Made by a program: the position numbers and the translations under genes. Below, piece by piece: positions 1 to 14,113 of a stretch of 64,000 nt of DNA. Numbering within the stretch: position 1 is the stretch's first letter; each line of letters begins with the position of its first letter. The notes below the pieces were generated by a model. It saw nothing but the letters and a program-made list of their open reading frames with translations, had not been told where the DNA came from and did no database searches. The DNA is taken from the NCBI GenBank assembly GCA_048013815.1, contig CM106585.1, positions 9,052,001 through 9,116,000 on the forward strand, written 5' to 3'. The stretch comes from Setoptus koraiensis. Its lineage: Eukaryota > Animalia > Arthropoda.

Positions 1-714
1 CAGCCAACCAGTGAGTCATTGGACACAAAGAAGAATATGAATTGCTCACTTATTTGCTGCTGGCCGCGGATTATTTTATTTTATTTTGTTATTGGCACCA
101 CGACACGGGCGACAACGCCGACGACTGGCGACAATGAGGCCATGAGAAGAACGAGAAGCGATGACAAAAGCCGCTGTGCGACAACGGGCCCAATAGGTAA
201 GTGGGCAGCGGTTTTAATCGTGCGCGTTGTTGTCCATTGTTGATGTTGTTGCTGTCAGAGCGAGTCAATTGTTGTTGCCGGTGGCGCTGATTCAATCATT
301 GGATCAATTTGAACGCCAACAACAACAATAATGGGCCTCTAACTACACGATAATACGCTCGCGAAAGCGGCCCTAAAGTACAAGCCAATAAAGCGCCATC
401 AGAGCCCTTTTCATTTAAGCCATTTATTTTGACACCGATATTTTGATATCGGGCCGGCTCACAAGTTGTCAGTGCCGCCTGGCAGTTGATTATCGCGGGC
501 CGGTACGATCGGCGGTGCCGGCCGGTATCGGTCACATCGGCCGGCGACACAATGGCAGCACCCGTTGGCCAGCAACAGGAGGTTGGCTCAATTAGCGCCG
601 CCGGCCAGACGGGCCCGCGCGCATAATTGATTAACTGATTCGGTGGGCAGTGAGGCGCAAGCGCAACAATTGAGCAACGACAACTGCGCGCTTCCTGTTC
701 GCCCGAGTGGCACA

Positions 715-850
715 ACAACAACCGAACAACGACAACAACCGAGCAACAACCAAACAACCGAACAACAACCGAGCAACCGAACAACAACCAAACAACCGAA
801 CAACAACCGAACAACAACCAAACAACCGAACAACAACCGAACAACAACGG
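715..850. repeat. Compound minisatellite of CAACAACC(GAA/GAG/AAA) units
   Basis: Directly visible. A related array occurs in reverse orientation at ~11775-11910. Confidence 0.9.
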
Positions 851-1694
851 TCAGAACAAATGAGACGGGATCGCATGCCAGCCGAAATATTGAATTGGAT
901 TTCGAGTGGCTGCTGCAAATGTAAAGTGTAAACTGTCAATTGTGAGCACGTTGTGAGCATGGCGTGAACGCGCTGTGAATAGGCCGTGAACGTCGTCAGT
1001 GTTGTCGGTGTTGTCGGTGTTGCCGGTGTTGTAGGATATGCAAATTGTGCGCGCCACAAACATCAACATAAACATTATCACCCTTTGTAATGATTACAAC
1101 ATTGTGATAAATTCATCATTACACCGATAATAAACGCGCCCGGCGCGCACACTGGCGACGCGCCGGGCGCCCACTTACCTGGCTGGCGCTTGTAGCTGTC
1201 AAAACAGCAACAAATTGAAAGGAGTTATTATTGTTATTATTGTTATTATTGGCGCTCGCACGCTGTTTATATCCCGAATAAGCATATAATGCACCCAACT
1301 GTAGTGTGTACTGTGTTGGCGCTATAGAAAACATGGTGACATGTAGTGACAAGCCGACACAACGACAACAGCGCCCATAAAGCACCGCCGATTGATATTT
1401 ATTGATAGTCATTGGCGCTCGTTGAGGCGCTATGATTTCGCCATTTCGCCATTTCGCCATTTTGCGATTTTGCGCTTGCAATATTTCGATATTTCCACGT
1501 TTCGACACTTGGATATCGTCGTCGGGCCGCCGCACCAAGCGCCCGACGGCCGCCCGACAAGCGACCACGACAGCCATTGTACGGGTATTAGCGGCATGTT
1601 GAGTGCTCATTTGAATAATAAACAAACACGACGCGCTGTCTGTCCGATTATCCGCCAGTCGCTCTAAAGAGTTTCTGTCGCGCTGCCTGGCGCG

Positions 1695-1750
1695 TCTAAA
1701 TCGCACCGTCTAAATCGCGCCGTCTAAATCGCGCCGTTTAAATCACGGCG
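1695..1750. repeat. 14-bp tandem repeat x4 (TCTAAATCGCGCCG)
   Basis: Directly visible; terminal copies are degenerate. Confidence 0.9.
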
Positions 1751-2536
1751 ATCGGCGGTGTCGCAGCGCCGCCGCCGAGCCGACACAAGTGACAACACAA
1801 TCGCGCTAATTCAATTTATCGCCGCCACACTCGCCCGTACCAGTGCGCATATTCACCCGTGAATAGCCCATGAATCATAAGCCAACGTCGTCGTGTGTCT
1901 CGCGCCACTGGTGACATAATCGCGCGTTGACTGACAGCGCGATTATGTCACTCGCTCGACGTTTATATCTCGTCGGCGATGTTTTTCGGCGACGCTCACT
2001 GATCGGTCGACAGTGAATCGTTGGGCTGATCATCGGCTGACAATTGTCGACGATTGTCGACGATTGTCGCACCGTCGGCTCGCCAAATCGTCGGGATTTA
2101 TGGCGTAAATTTGCGCTGGTAAACTGTCATTTGGCGCCAGGTGAGGCAAGCGCTGGCAGCGCGATATTAGCCGCCAGTCGTGAGTGCCAGCCAGCAGCGA
2201 AATGCTGTCAATTGCGGCCATGTCAATGTCAACCGCGTGTAAACAGCCACTTCCTCGTTGACTATTCACGCTTAAATTAAACACTCACTTATTCACTTCA
2301 ACGGTTCGCCGAATGGAAGCCACTCGAGTGACCGCTCGACTTAATTTAATCTCATTCAATTCTCGCCGCTCTCATTCACTCGCGGCTAATTCCGCCCGCC
2401 GCCGCCGCCGCTAACACAATTCGCAATTACTGGTCGGGGGCCCGGTTGTTGAATCGCTCCAGTTGAACGGTTCGCCACTGAGTGAATCGATTCGCGATTG
2501 AAACGCGTCCGACGGTGATTGTGGCAACGCATCACT

Positions 2537-2640
2537 GATTCGCACTGATTTTGCCTGATTCGCGCTGATTGTGCCCGATTCGCGCTGATTGTGCCCGATT
2601 CGCGCTGATTTTGCCCGAATCGCGCCGATTTTGTCTGATT
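2537..2640. repeat. 20-bp tandem repeat x~5 (GATTCGCGCTGATTGTGCCC)
   Basis: Directly visible. Confidence 0.85.
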
Positions 2641-2893
2641 TGCATTGATTTCGGGCCAGATTTCGCCGCGCTCTATAGGCTCACTGTGGCCTGGATCTGG
2701 TCGCCAATCTGCGATCGATTTCGCTGCTCAATATCCAGCCGTGAATACCGGGGCCAGTATTCACGCGCGGACGATGAACACTCTAGACCGGACTCCGGTC
2801 ACAGGAGCGCCGTTCTGTGCCCCAAGCAGGCACAGACTGACCAACTGGCTCCGTTTGTTGCAGTGTCTACCTGTTTGCACAGTTTATTGGACA

Positions 2894-2960
2894 CTGTGCG
2901 CGGATAGACGCTGTGCGCGGATAGACGCTGTGCGCGGATAGACGCTGTGCCTGGATAGAC
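2894..2960. repeat. 17-bp tandem repeat x3 plus a degenerate copy (CTGTGCGCGGATAGACG)
   Basis: Directly visible. Confidence 0.9.
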
Positions 2961-5900
2961 AAGGTCGCTAATGATGATACATTTTCGCATTGTTGCAACT
3001 CTTTGCAGCCCGCCAACAACCAACAAAAGACGGCCGCCTGACAGCTGATTGCCGATCGGCAAGACGACGAGACGCCCAGACGACGGGAGGGGAGAGGGGA
3101 GAGAGCGCGAGATGGACAGGGAGGGAGGGACGAGATATAATGAGAGCCGCAATAATGATGATGTCTGTCGAGCGCGATCGAAGATATCGGAAAATAATTT
3201 GGCAAATGACGGCAATTTGTTAAGATGAGATGAGCCAACAGATAAGCTCATGATGGCAATAATAATGATACCAACAACAACAACAACATGACAGCGGCAA
3301 CGACGCCGGATATCGTTGCTGTGGCAACCGCGCCAGATATAGGCCGGCCCACGCGGCCGGCCTGCAACTCGAAACAACGAGCCGCGTCAAGTTGTAGCAG
3401 AAATTGATTGGTTTGAATTACAACAATATACGTTACGCAATACGCTGTGCTTGTGGCATCCAACTGGCCGGTCGCTTGCGCAATCGGAGCCGCCGACCGG
3501 CCAGCCATCGTCCGGTCGAGCCGCCGCTGGCCGTTGCGTAACGAAGGCTGCACAATCAGCAGTGGACAGTGGGCAGCAGTGGACAGTGGGCTAGCCGTGA
3601 TTTAAATTGGCCTGCTCGTTTGACGCTTGTTGCGGGCAGTGGCCGCAGCATCTCATCATTCTATCTCCATTGCATCTTTTAACTCCATTGCGTCGCCTGG
3701 CGGCGCTATGCTGAATTGCTGGCGCGCGCATTGCATCGCTGGCCATCAAATCAAATCGTATTACGTCACTTGACGGGCATTACATTATGCAGTGATTAGA
3801 TGCAAAATTACCGAAATGATTGTGTTTGGTTGTGGCAGTCGATTCAATTCACATTGTCAGTGGCACACAACGCAAACGGCGCACAGAAATAGATCGAGTC
3901 GGCACAAGCGATTGCGTAATGGCAGCAGCTTATTTATTATTTGTGTCTGTTATTTACATGCGCTGTTATTTACTGTTGGCTTATTGGCCGTTTGTATGCG
4001 GCCAACAACCGAGATACAAACGAGACCCACGAGATACTAACGAGGCCAACAGACACTAACGACTAACGATGCAACAACCAAGCGATATAGACCAGCGATA
4101 TAGGCGATGGCCGCAAACAGAGATTGCCAATCAAAATATTTGATCGCCAATAAAATTAATAAGTCGTATGGTGGCGCCTAAGTGGCTGGCCCAAACAGCG
4201 CCCTTCACAGGTAAATCTGGCAGCCTGGCACAGGTACGAGTGGCGCACAGGTGAGCCTAAGGGCTGTTGCCGGCAATCGGCCGACAACAAGGTGAGCGCC
4301 GAGTGCCAATTAATTGAGTGATAATAGCTCACAGCGCATGCGGCCGCCAACAAACAGCCAACAACCGCCAACAAACAGCCAACAACCGCCAACAACCGCC
4401 AACAACCGCCAACAGCCAACGACCAACAGCAACAGCCAACGACAACCAACAGCAACCAACAACCGACAACAACCAGCAACAACGAGCAACGATGACGAAT
4501 AAGCAATGAATAATGAATAACAAACAGGCTCGCTAATGAAGTTTGCCACGCAACGCTCATCATTTTCGGTAGCCAGCTTATAGCCAGTTTAGTGTTTGCG
4601 AACAAGTGCTAATTAGCCGACGCTGCGTCACTGTTTGCCCTGCCATTATTAGCCCAGAATTGCGATTTGTTTGACCCCAAATGCAGTCGGGCCGGCCGCG
4701 CCGGCGGTTGTGTCAGAGCATGAGTTGGTCAGTTCGGGCCATTACTGTTGTTGTTATTATTACTGTTGTTGTTATTATCATTGTTATTATTGTTGTTATT
4801 GGGTATAATGGCCGCTCGGGGGTGGGGTATAAAGCGGGTAATAGAGCGGCAGTGGAGCGGGAATAAAGCGGGAGTAAAGCGACCAATAACAAGCAAGTTC
4901 TGAGAGCGTGATTTTGGCACAAGCCGGCAAGTCTGGCAAATCGGTACGACCAAAACAATCAGCTTGCGTCATTTTAGCCGATTGATCTCGTGTGCGCGAT
5001 AAAATTCCTGCGGCCACTCACCTGTTGCTTGCTCTAATGAAGTGGCCAGTGGCTGTTGCGTCGTTCGCAGCGATTGGCAGCGATTCGTTGCGAGATCTCG
5101 AATCTCAGAAGCGCCGAATCTGAAATGCGAAATTTGGTGGCTGGAATCTGCCAAGACGCCGCTTCATGGACACGCCGGCTGCGTGCATCGGCGGCCAATT
5201 TAGCGTGCGATTCCAATTGCAAACATTCGGCCAGCCGTGCGTTTTGGTTTGTTAGCGGGCAGTTAGCGGCCGGCAGTGAGCAGTCACAAAATGGCAGTTA
5301 GTGGCCGAGCTGTTTAGTTATTACGTTATTTGGCCGTTTAGTTATTACGTTATTTGGTTATTTAGTTATTTAGTTATTTAGTTACCTGTTGGCTCTTTGG
5401 TTATCTTTTATCGGATCTAGATGAGCCTGGATGACGACGATGATGCAATGAGAGACGCGGACGAGCAACTGACCGGCCCACTGTGGCGAGTGAAAACACC
5501 GATAAATACCAATAAATAATATATAAAGTGAATTCACGCTCTGCCAGCTTATAAATATGTAACAACAACAATTAATTTGCAACAACCGCTCGCATTGGCC
5601 GATTGTTGTTGCGTCTGGCCGCTTGTCGGGCCTGTCGCAATGTCGGCATTGTGTGGTGGGCATGTGCAGAGATGCTCTCGACAGATTATAACAATTTATT
5701 GGTCTATATGCGCTGTTGACTTATCAGCTGTTAGCTGGTCACTTTGGCCGGTTACCCTCGCTTGCTGATTTGGCCAGTTCGCTGGCCAGTTCGCTGGATA
5801 GTTAGCTTGGCAACCGGCTGACAGCTGGCTAAAGTGATGGCAGCGACTCTGGCAAGTGTCAGAAGAGTTGGCAACGAGTCGCAACGAGTCGACGTGTGCG

Positions 5901-8900
5901 ACGTGCGCACAATCGGACAGGTACACAAACAGAGCTGTCGCCCCGTCCGATTTGAATTCAAATTCGGATTTAAATTCGGATTTGAATCAACATTTAGAAA
6001 TAACAAATAATAATTATTGGTTAATGGAGGCACAATGGCCAGTTTGGGCCGCGCTCGCACTCGCAAGGCTCATGCGCCGGCCACCAAATTGGCACTTTAT
6101 TGTTTTGTAAGAGGCATAATAATTGCGCAATTAAAAATTACGCATACAGCACACACAGTGTGTGTGTGTGTGTGTGTGTGTTGTTACCTGTGTTCCATTT
6201 ACCTGTTCACAACAACAGGTAACAGGTAACAACTGGCTGCTGCTGTTGCTGTTGCGCAACAGACAGCGAGCAGCAGGTTGCGTCAGCTGTTTGTGTCAGC
6301 TGTTCGTGTCAGCGGCCAGTAACACACAATGTAATTTAACATTGTGTTAGTTATTTTATTTTATTAAACTTATTATTAACTAACAGCGCACAGGTAACAG
6401 CGCACAGGTAACATTGCCGGCATCTTGCTGTAATATTACGCAACAATAATGTGTGCGTAACAAGTCACTTGTTACAAGTGTGTGTGTGTATCATCAACAT
6501 CAAATGAGTAATGCGCGTTGTGAGTGATATAAACTGAGAGATTTTATAAACTGTGAGAGTCTCAAGTTTTGGCTTGAATTTTATATTCGTATTATAGGCC
6601 GCGTATTGGCGCTGTCCGAAGTGTTTATTGTTGCGCACAGCGCACAATTGCCAGTGCACACGATACAACACGACGCCACAAACAACAGCAACAACAGCAA
6701 CAACGATGGCAACAACAACGACAACAACGTCAACAACAACAACAGCAACAGCAACAACAGCAACAACAGCAAACAGCAGCAACAACAGCAACATGCACAG
6801 TATACACAGTATACAGAGGAGGATAAATCAAAGCGGGGGAGATTATTTTATTGTTGTTATTATTATTATATTGCATTAATGATGGTCATTGTTTTGTGGC
6901 TCGCTCGCCGGCCGTCATTGGGCCATCGCAACGAGCGCGCACAATTGTGACAAGCTGTGAACGCGGTGGTTGCCGTTGCGGTCGTCGTGGTGGTTGTTGC
7001 TGTTGTTGTCGTTGCTGTTGTTGTTGTTGCTGCTGCTGCTGCTGTCGGCGTTGTCGTTGTCGACGCAAACAGCTTAAGAGCTTACCTCGGCCAGTGGCCA
7101 CCACCATTGGTTACGCAATGGTGGCGACGCTGGCGATGCCGCCAGCATTGCCTGCTGGCAACGTCGGGATGCCGGCCGACGCCGGCACAGGTGAGCGGCC
7201 AGCAAATGCAAATGCGAACAAACAAACAAACAAACAAACAAACAATCTATTGGTGGCACTTGACAGGCGCGCACATTCGACGGGCTTGACAAAGAAGCTT
7301 CGCGCCGAGTGGGCGGCCACGTTCGCCGACTTGCAACAAGTTGTGGGCGCTCGTCGGCTTGTTGGCGCAATCGGCGATGGCGGCCAATTGCGAATTGCCG
7401 AGCCGACGGGCGCAAAGCGAGTGACAGCGTTTCAAGTTGCAAATAAACGTCAGCGCGCACAGGATTTGCACCTCTTAAATGTGATGATTTGCATTCGCTG
7501 CCACTCAATGCCGGCCCCTGCGAACCCGCCGGCCCGCCAGCCCGCCAGCCCGCAAAGACAATCAAATTTCGGCGAAAATTTGAATATGAGCGCGGCCACC
7601 AATCATCGTGGCGGCAACAACAACCGACAGACGCTCGGGCGGAGATGTGTCAATCATAATTACGTGTGTGGCGCTGTCAGCGACGACGCAATTGCAACAG
7701 CATCAACAGCGACATCACCACCAGCAACGACAACAACGCCAACGCCAACAGCAACAACCGCCAACATTGACAACACCAACTACAGCAACCACAACAACAA
7801 CAACAACGACAACGACAACAACAACGACAACAACAACGACAACAGCAACCACAACAGCAACCACAACAACAACGACAACAACAGCTCGCCTTTCCCCCTT
7901 TAACCCGCCTCTCGGGCTTCTCGGGCTTCTCGGAACAGCGCGCTGGCGAGTCAGCTGACAACAGTTGTGAGCCAAGCGACTGACTGAAATATCCACTGAC
8001 ACATGCGCTCGAATATCCGCTGACGTGCCCGCCGACGCTGTGCGTTGGTGCGTCAGTGCGCGGATATGCCGGCAAGATGGCGGCGCCCATTCGTTGCCAT
8101 GATTACAGCCTGACACACAGCTGACAGCTGTCATTGGCGGACACAAGACGACGAGCTTTGACAAGACGAGACGACAGTCAGCTGATTGCAGTGTGTATCG
8201 TTTGACAGTGTGTAGTCATTTGGGCAAATCATTTGAAATGATGCCGTGATTTCGGGGCGCGTGTCACGATGCGCCCACATAATTCAGTCAGTTGAGCCAT
8301 GTACAACCCGACTCGTACCCAATTGTTGGCCGGTGCCCAGTTGGGCCGGCCGTCGCCAACTAGCCACTGACAAGACTGGCCACTGACCGCGGGCCGCCCA
8401 GCACCGGCCAACAACCGGAAGTGCGGCCCGCCAGCTTGATTGGCGTTGAGATTGACATTGATTGGTGCGGCCGGCCGGCCGGCCGGTCAGCCAATGATGA
8501 TACATAATGACGATACATAATAAATAAAACATAATAACGTGCAATAAGTGCGGCCACTATTGGCACAGCTAAATTGTTTTGCTTCGTGTGCGCGTTTCAT
8601 CTGCGCACACTTGGCGTCTTGTCGGTGCCTTATCCGTCTGCGGCCCACGCCGTGCTGTGCGCAGGTCGCCTGGCCAGCCGAACGGAACAGAACGCATGCG
8701 AACGCGCAGGAAGTGCGCAACTGTGCCCGTGCTGTCACATAATTACAATGTCATATGTAGATATCCGTGCATTGTAATTGACTGACCGGCGGCCTCAGTC
8801 GACTGTCCGGTTGACCAGTGAGCAAATGCGTCGGATGCACAGAACAGAAAAGAATCGGCTTTGTTTCTGACTGGTTTGTCGTTTGGGTTGAGATGAGCGC

Positions 8901-9706
8901 ACGTTGGCGCTGAGTTGACAGCAAGCGGCTGACAAAGTTGCGAGTTTGGCGTTTAATTTGGGGGATCTCATTAAACGCTAAACGTCGTCGAAGCCAGCGA
9001 TCGGTGCAGCGAACGGCGCAGCGAAATGGCGAAATGAAGTCGAAAGAACGCATAACGGACAACGAAGGCGACACAGCAAAAGGCACCGAAAGGAATGTTG
9101 CCATTGTGGCGCGAATCGGCCGTGGTAGTTCAATTAAGTGACATGCAGCGACACATTGAAAGGAACGGAGCGCCAGACGAGAAATGACTTTATTATTTTC
9201 TGGCCACCACTTAATGAGCCGACCACGACGGCGCCATTGATCGGTGTCGCGTTGATCAGTGGCCATCCAAACGGCAGCCAGTGGGCGCTGATTGGGCCCC
9301 GATTGTGCCAACGGCGCTCGTTCGGGCCAAACAGAAGTGGAGCCCGACAGGTAAGCGCATGTGTGATTGATGCTGGCACTTTATGCAAATTAGCGCACCA
9401 GCTCCCGTCCGACATTCACAAGCGAGCCTCGTCGGGCTGACACTGTCCGAGTTGGCCCATTGTTATTTTTGTGTATCATCATTAGCCGATGTATTGATTT
9501 GGTGTTTTGATTGTGTTTTTGGTCGGCGTTGGCACCGTTCACGCTGTGCGCGGCACAATTTCGGCCCAAACCAACAAACCAACCGGTTGGCTGTGCGAGG
9601 GTGACTGCGCGCCCCATTTGCACAGTTTGCGCAAAAATGCCCAAAGTTGGCCCGTGAATCTGGTCGCGAATTGCGAATGAATGCGCCCGAAAACTGTCAG
9701 AAATAC

Positions 9707-9761
<55 letters not shown>
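9707..9761. repeat. Perfect (TTG)n microsatellite, about 18 units
   Basis: Directly visible. One of dozens of CAA/TTG and CAG/CTG tracts in 1-43 kb. Confidence 0.95.
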
Positions 9762-9875
9762 GATGCGAAAGGCTGAAAGTGCCAAACCGAACGGACGGTT
9801 TGTTTGGCCAGCAGCCAGTCGAGCAGTGAGTACATCACACAATTGACTAATGGGCGTCGCTCACCCGCTCTCACC

Positions 9876-10003
9876 TGGTGAATAGTTAACTGGTGAACAG
9901 GCCCACTGGTGAATAGTTAACTAGTGAATAGGTAACTGGTGAATAGTTATTTAGTGAATAGGTAACTAGTGAATAGTTATTTAGTGAATAGGTGACCGGT
10001 GAG
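9876..10003. repeat. 15-bp tandem repeat x~8 (CTRGTGAATAGKTAA)
   Basis: Directly visible, with alternating variants. Confidence 0.85.
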
Positions 10004-11774
10004 CTTTTGCAACCGGTGAGCAGGCTGGCAAAAGCAAAGTGAAAACTGGTAAAGTGAACGTGCTAATATGGTTCTAATGTGCACAACACCACATTAGAGC
10101 ATACCAAACGGATACTCGCCGGCCCGTCGGCCCCATGTTGTTCGCCCGTTCTGCCTGGGCGCCCTCTCCTGGTCGTGCCAGCGCCAACTGCCAACCAGAG
10201 AGAAGTCACTTAATTTATATTTATTATTATCTGCTCCACTTTACACTGCAAACAACAACAACAATGGCACGCTGGTATCATCATCAATCTCGTGCGTTTT
10301 GTTTGCTCGTGTACTTGTCGTTGTCGTTGTTGCTGTCGCTGTTGTTGTTGCTGTTGCTGTTGCTGTCGTTGTTGCTGTCGTTGTTGCTGTCGTTGTCGCT
10401 GTCGCTGTCGTTGTTGTTGCTGTCGCTGGTGCTGCTGTTGTGGCGCTTGTTGTCGGTGCGAGCCTCCGACTGACAACTGGCCAATTGTGCAAAAGTGGGT
10501 TCCATTATTGGGAGCTGTTATTATTCTTATCCACTCGAGTCGCTCAATTGAGTTGACTCTGGCCGTCGACTTTTGACAGCGGCAACAAGTATGCTGCTCA
10601 TTGTTCAATTGTCAGACCATTGATCGCATATTATCACCAGATCTTTATTGCCACTGCAACCACACCAACTACAACTACTGCCTGACTCTATTATCGTGGC
10701 TGCCGTCTCTATTATCTCTTATCTGTTGTTATTATTATTGTTATTGACAACAGCATCTTTTGTGTGTGTTTTCGCCCATTTACACCAACAATAAATAACG
10801 ACAACAATAATACACAACAGCTCCAAACAATTCGCCCCTGATCCACCAATTCGCCTCTGATCCACCAATTCGCCGGCCCGCCGGCCAGTGCCCACCACCA
10901 TACCCTATTAGTACCTCCGTATTGATGTTAGCAGCATATCGTCGTATGTTAATGCATGTAGCATATCGTCGTGTGAATAGTCGGTATGCCGGTACAGTAT
11001 GACGACAACCAGCGGCCCGATCATTAGCCGTACCGAGGCCGTACCGTGCCAGATTGGGCGCCAGCTTGCTGCGGGGCGCCACCTGGTGCCCAGTTCGGCG
11101 CCAGCAAACACAACCAGTCGATGGCGATGTAACTTGCGAGCAAGTTGATAAGTTGATAGCACGAAATAATACATAAATGATAGAAATGATGGGCTGTGTC
11201 ACCTGTCGAGCTGGTCGACAGGTGAGTGCGGGCAATAGCAACGGCAAATTTATGACAATTGCCCATTGACATTGTGCGCTGTGTAGCGGCCAGTCATGCA
11301 AATACAATTTGCACCCCCATTCAATCGCATGCTCATCAGCAATCAAATGGGTGTGATGAGCCACTAACATTATCGCTGTCGCTGTGAATATACCTGTGCG
11401 AATATGATATGACAGGTATTTTCATGAAATATTAATAACAACAAACACAATAAAAGTAATAGCAATAACAAGTTGCATGAATAGCATTAATGCGAATTGT
11501 TTTCGCTGCTCAATTTCAATTATTTCCTACGCATCGCGCTTATCTCTCATCTCTCTCTTGTCGATTAAATGATTAAAATGATAACTAATGACCGGCCGCA
11601 TGATGATATAGGTCACACAAGCGCAGCCATTACATATAGCTCTCATATATGTTATTTGCAATAACAGCAACAAGTGCCAGTTAGAGGCAAGTGCGTGATT
11701 TAGCGCCGTCATTATCACAGCTCGATGGCTGCCCATGTCGGTTAGCGTCCATTATTATGTAATGTGCAATATAG

Positions 11775-11910
11775 AGCTTGTTGTTGCGTGGTTGTTGTTT
11801 GGTCGTTGTTCGGTTGTTGCTCGGTTGTTGTTTAGTTGTTGCGTGGTTGTTGCGTGGTTGTTGTTTGGTTGTTGTTTGGTTGTTGTCTGGTTGTTGTTTG
11901 GTTGTTGTTT
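11775..11910. repeat. Compound minisatellite GGTTGTTG-based, reverse-orientation relative of 715-850
   Basis: The reverse complement consists of CAACAACC(AAA/ACG/GAG/GAA) units. Confidence 0.85.
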
Positions 11911-14046
11911 TGCTGTTAGTTGGTGCTGGCCGGTCGCTGGTTGGTATTGGCTGCGAGCCGAGCCGACGGTGCGCTTGCGGTAAAGCCCATGCTGGTGCAG
12001 CCAGTGGTGCCAGTGGTGCAGTGGTGCAGTGAGTGGTGCGAAAGGTGCCATTGGTGCCAATGGTGCAGCGAGTGGTGTAAAAGGTGCAAGAGGTGCGAGA
12101 GGTGCGAGAGGTGCGAGAGGTGCGAGAGGTGCAAGAGGTGCGAGCGGCGCTGGCGGTGCAAGTGCATGAAAACAGTCGCAACAGGGCTAATCATCACACT
12201 TAAATGTTTGTTAATTAGATGCACGATTCAACGATTATTAGGACCACTTATTTGCTGCACCACTCATTCAGTGACTGCCGCTCACCATTACGTAATATAC
12301 GTTTGATTGCGTGTTAGTGGCCACCATCGCTGTTGCTGTTGCTGGCTGCATGATTACTCTTGATTATACAGCATGCTCACCACTATTATATAATATATAT
12401 TGCCGTTGAGCAGCGACGCCAGATAGATAATGCGACTCACTCATGAGCTCATGAGTGAGCTCACTTGTGAGGCGAGAACAGGTATTTCTGGCCAGCCAAC
12501 CTGCACACCTGAGCTAGCCGACTGGCCCTACGTTGGGCTGGCCATTGGAGCCGAGCTGGTCGAGCTGGCCGAACGCACGGCTCGGCCATTGGAGCTGGTT
12601 GCGCAATCAGCGCCGACTTTGCACCAGCTATCAGCATGTTATTTATGAGCAACAACAAGTGCAAAACACAGGTGACTGTATTCTCACCTCTTCTCCGGCG
12701 CAATAATGACGCAATATTGCAGTCTGTGGCATATTCATTATAACTATTACTATTACTATCACCGCTGTTACTATTACAATTACCATTACTATTACTGGCG
12801 AGCCACTTGTTGATTCTCGCACCGCATTAGCGCTCATATATATGCGCACATGAGCTGGCTATACGCCGGCCACATAAAAATATGTATCGCCGGCCGGGGC
12901 CAGTCATATGGTCATGCGGTCGTATGGTCGTATGGTCGTATGGTCGTATGGTCGTATGGTCGCATGGTTGTATGGTCGCCACACGAAACATCACGAACGG
13001 CGCCCACAAACAAGCAAGCCAGATTGCGCAAGCCAGATAATGTGCAATTTGTCAATACGCACACATACTGCATCATTATCAACTTATAATCTATCTAATT
13101 AACACTTAAATCACTTTGGCGCTGCTCACGCCGCTGCGCTGGCTCGGCCCATTATGTAATCGGTTGGCTCGGCGTGCTCGTGCTTGTGTTTGTGTTTGCC
13201 ACAAACAACCTGTTGCTGGTCGCTTCTCGTCTCGTCTGGCCACTGATCTGGTCTCAAGTGAGCGCTTGTTGCTGTTGCATAATCACTGCTGCTCGGCCAC
13301 TGGTCAAGCAGCAGCAGCAACAGTAATATCGCCTATTACCTGTGCCTATTGCCCGTGCCTCTTACCTGTCCTGTTACCTGTGCCTGTTACCTGTGCCTGT
13401 TACCTGTTACCTGTTACCTGTGCCAGCCAGCCAGCGGACGGTCAGTGTAGCTGTTGCTGCCAGCTAATAATAAATAATAACTTTAACGTGATTATGTTGC
13501 ACACACACACACACTCTGGCGAGAAGTGTTTGGCCGGCAGCCGATCGGCCACTTGCTAAAGTGATAATACACCCAAGCCAATATAATACATAACAATAAA
13601 TACATATAATATATAAATACATGAAAGCTAAAACTAATCGCGCAACGCACACATGCTAAATAGCATGCCCATGAGAGAATCCATTTAAAGCCGCTAATTG
13701 GCTAATTCTGTCTTTTCGACTTTTGGTGGTGCCACCAAAGCGATTGTTGATGCTACAAGATAACTTCTCACAAGTCAGCCCGACTAACAAGCACAACAAT
13801 AACGCAAGTGCCCGGCGAGCAAAAACAACAACAGCAGCAACAGCAACAACAGCGCCGGCCCAGCGCTGAACGCAGCCAGAGAAAAGATGTGGAAATAGAT
13901 AGAAACTATCATCATTATCATTATCTCGCTCAATTATCTCCACTGGACTCTCTCGGCTCGGCCTGTCCACTTGGCTCGCTCGCTCAAAGCTCTTATATAA
14001 GCTTATCTCTTACATAATCTATCTATTGCTCGTTGGCCGCTCGTTA

Positions 14047-14113
14047 GTCACTTACGTAAGTGACCAGTACGTAAGTGACCAGTACGTAAGTGACCAGTAC
14101 GTAAGTGACCAGT
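14047..14113. repeat. 18-bp palindrome GTCACTTACGTAAGTGAC seeding a 15-bp tandem repeat x4 (ACGTAAGTGACCAGT)
   Basis: Directly visible. Palindrome at 14047-14064, repeats at 14054-14113. Confidence 0.9.

Noticed and set aside
9876-10003. Regularly spaced repeats as a CRISPR-like array
   Set aside because: Eukaryotic context, units are head-to-tail with no unique spacers, and no cas genes are present.
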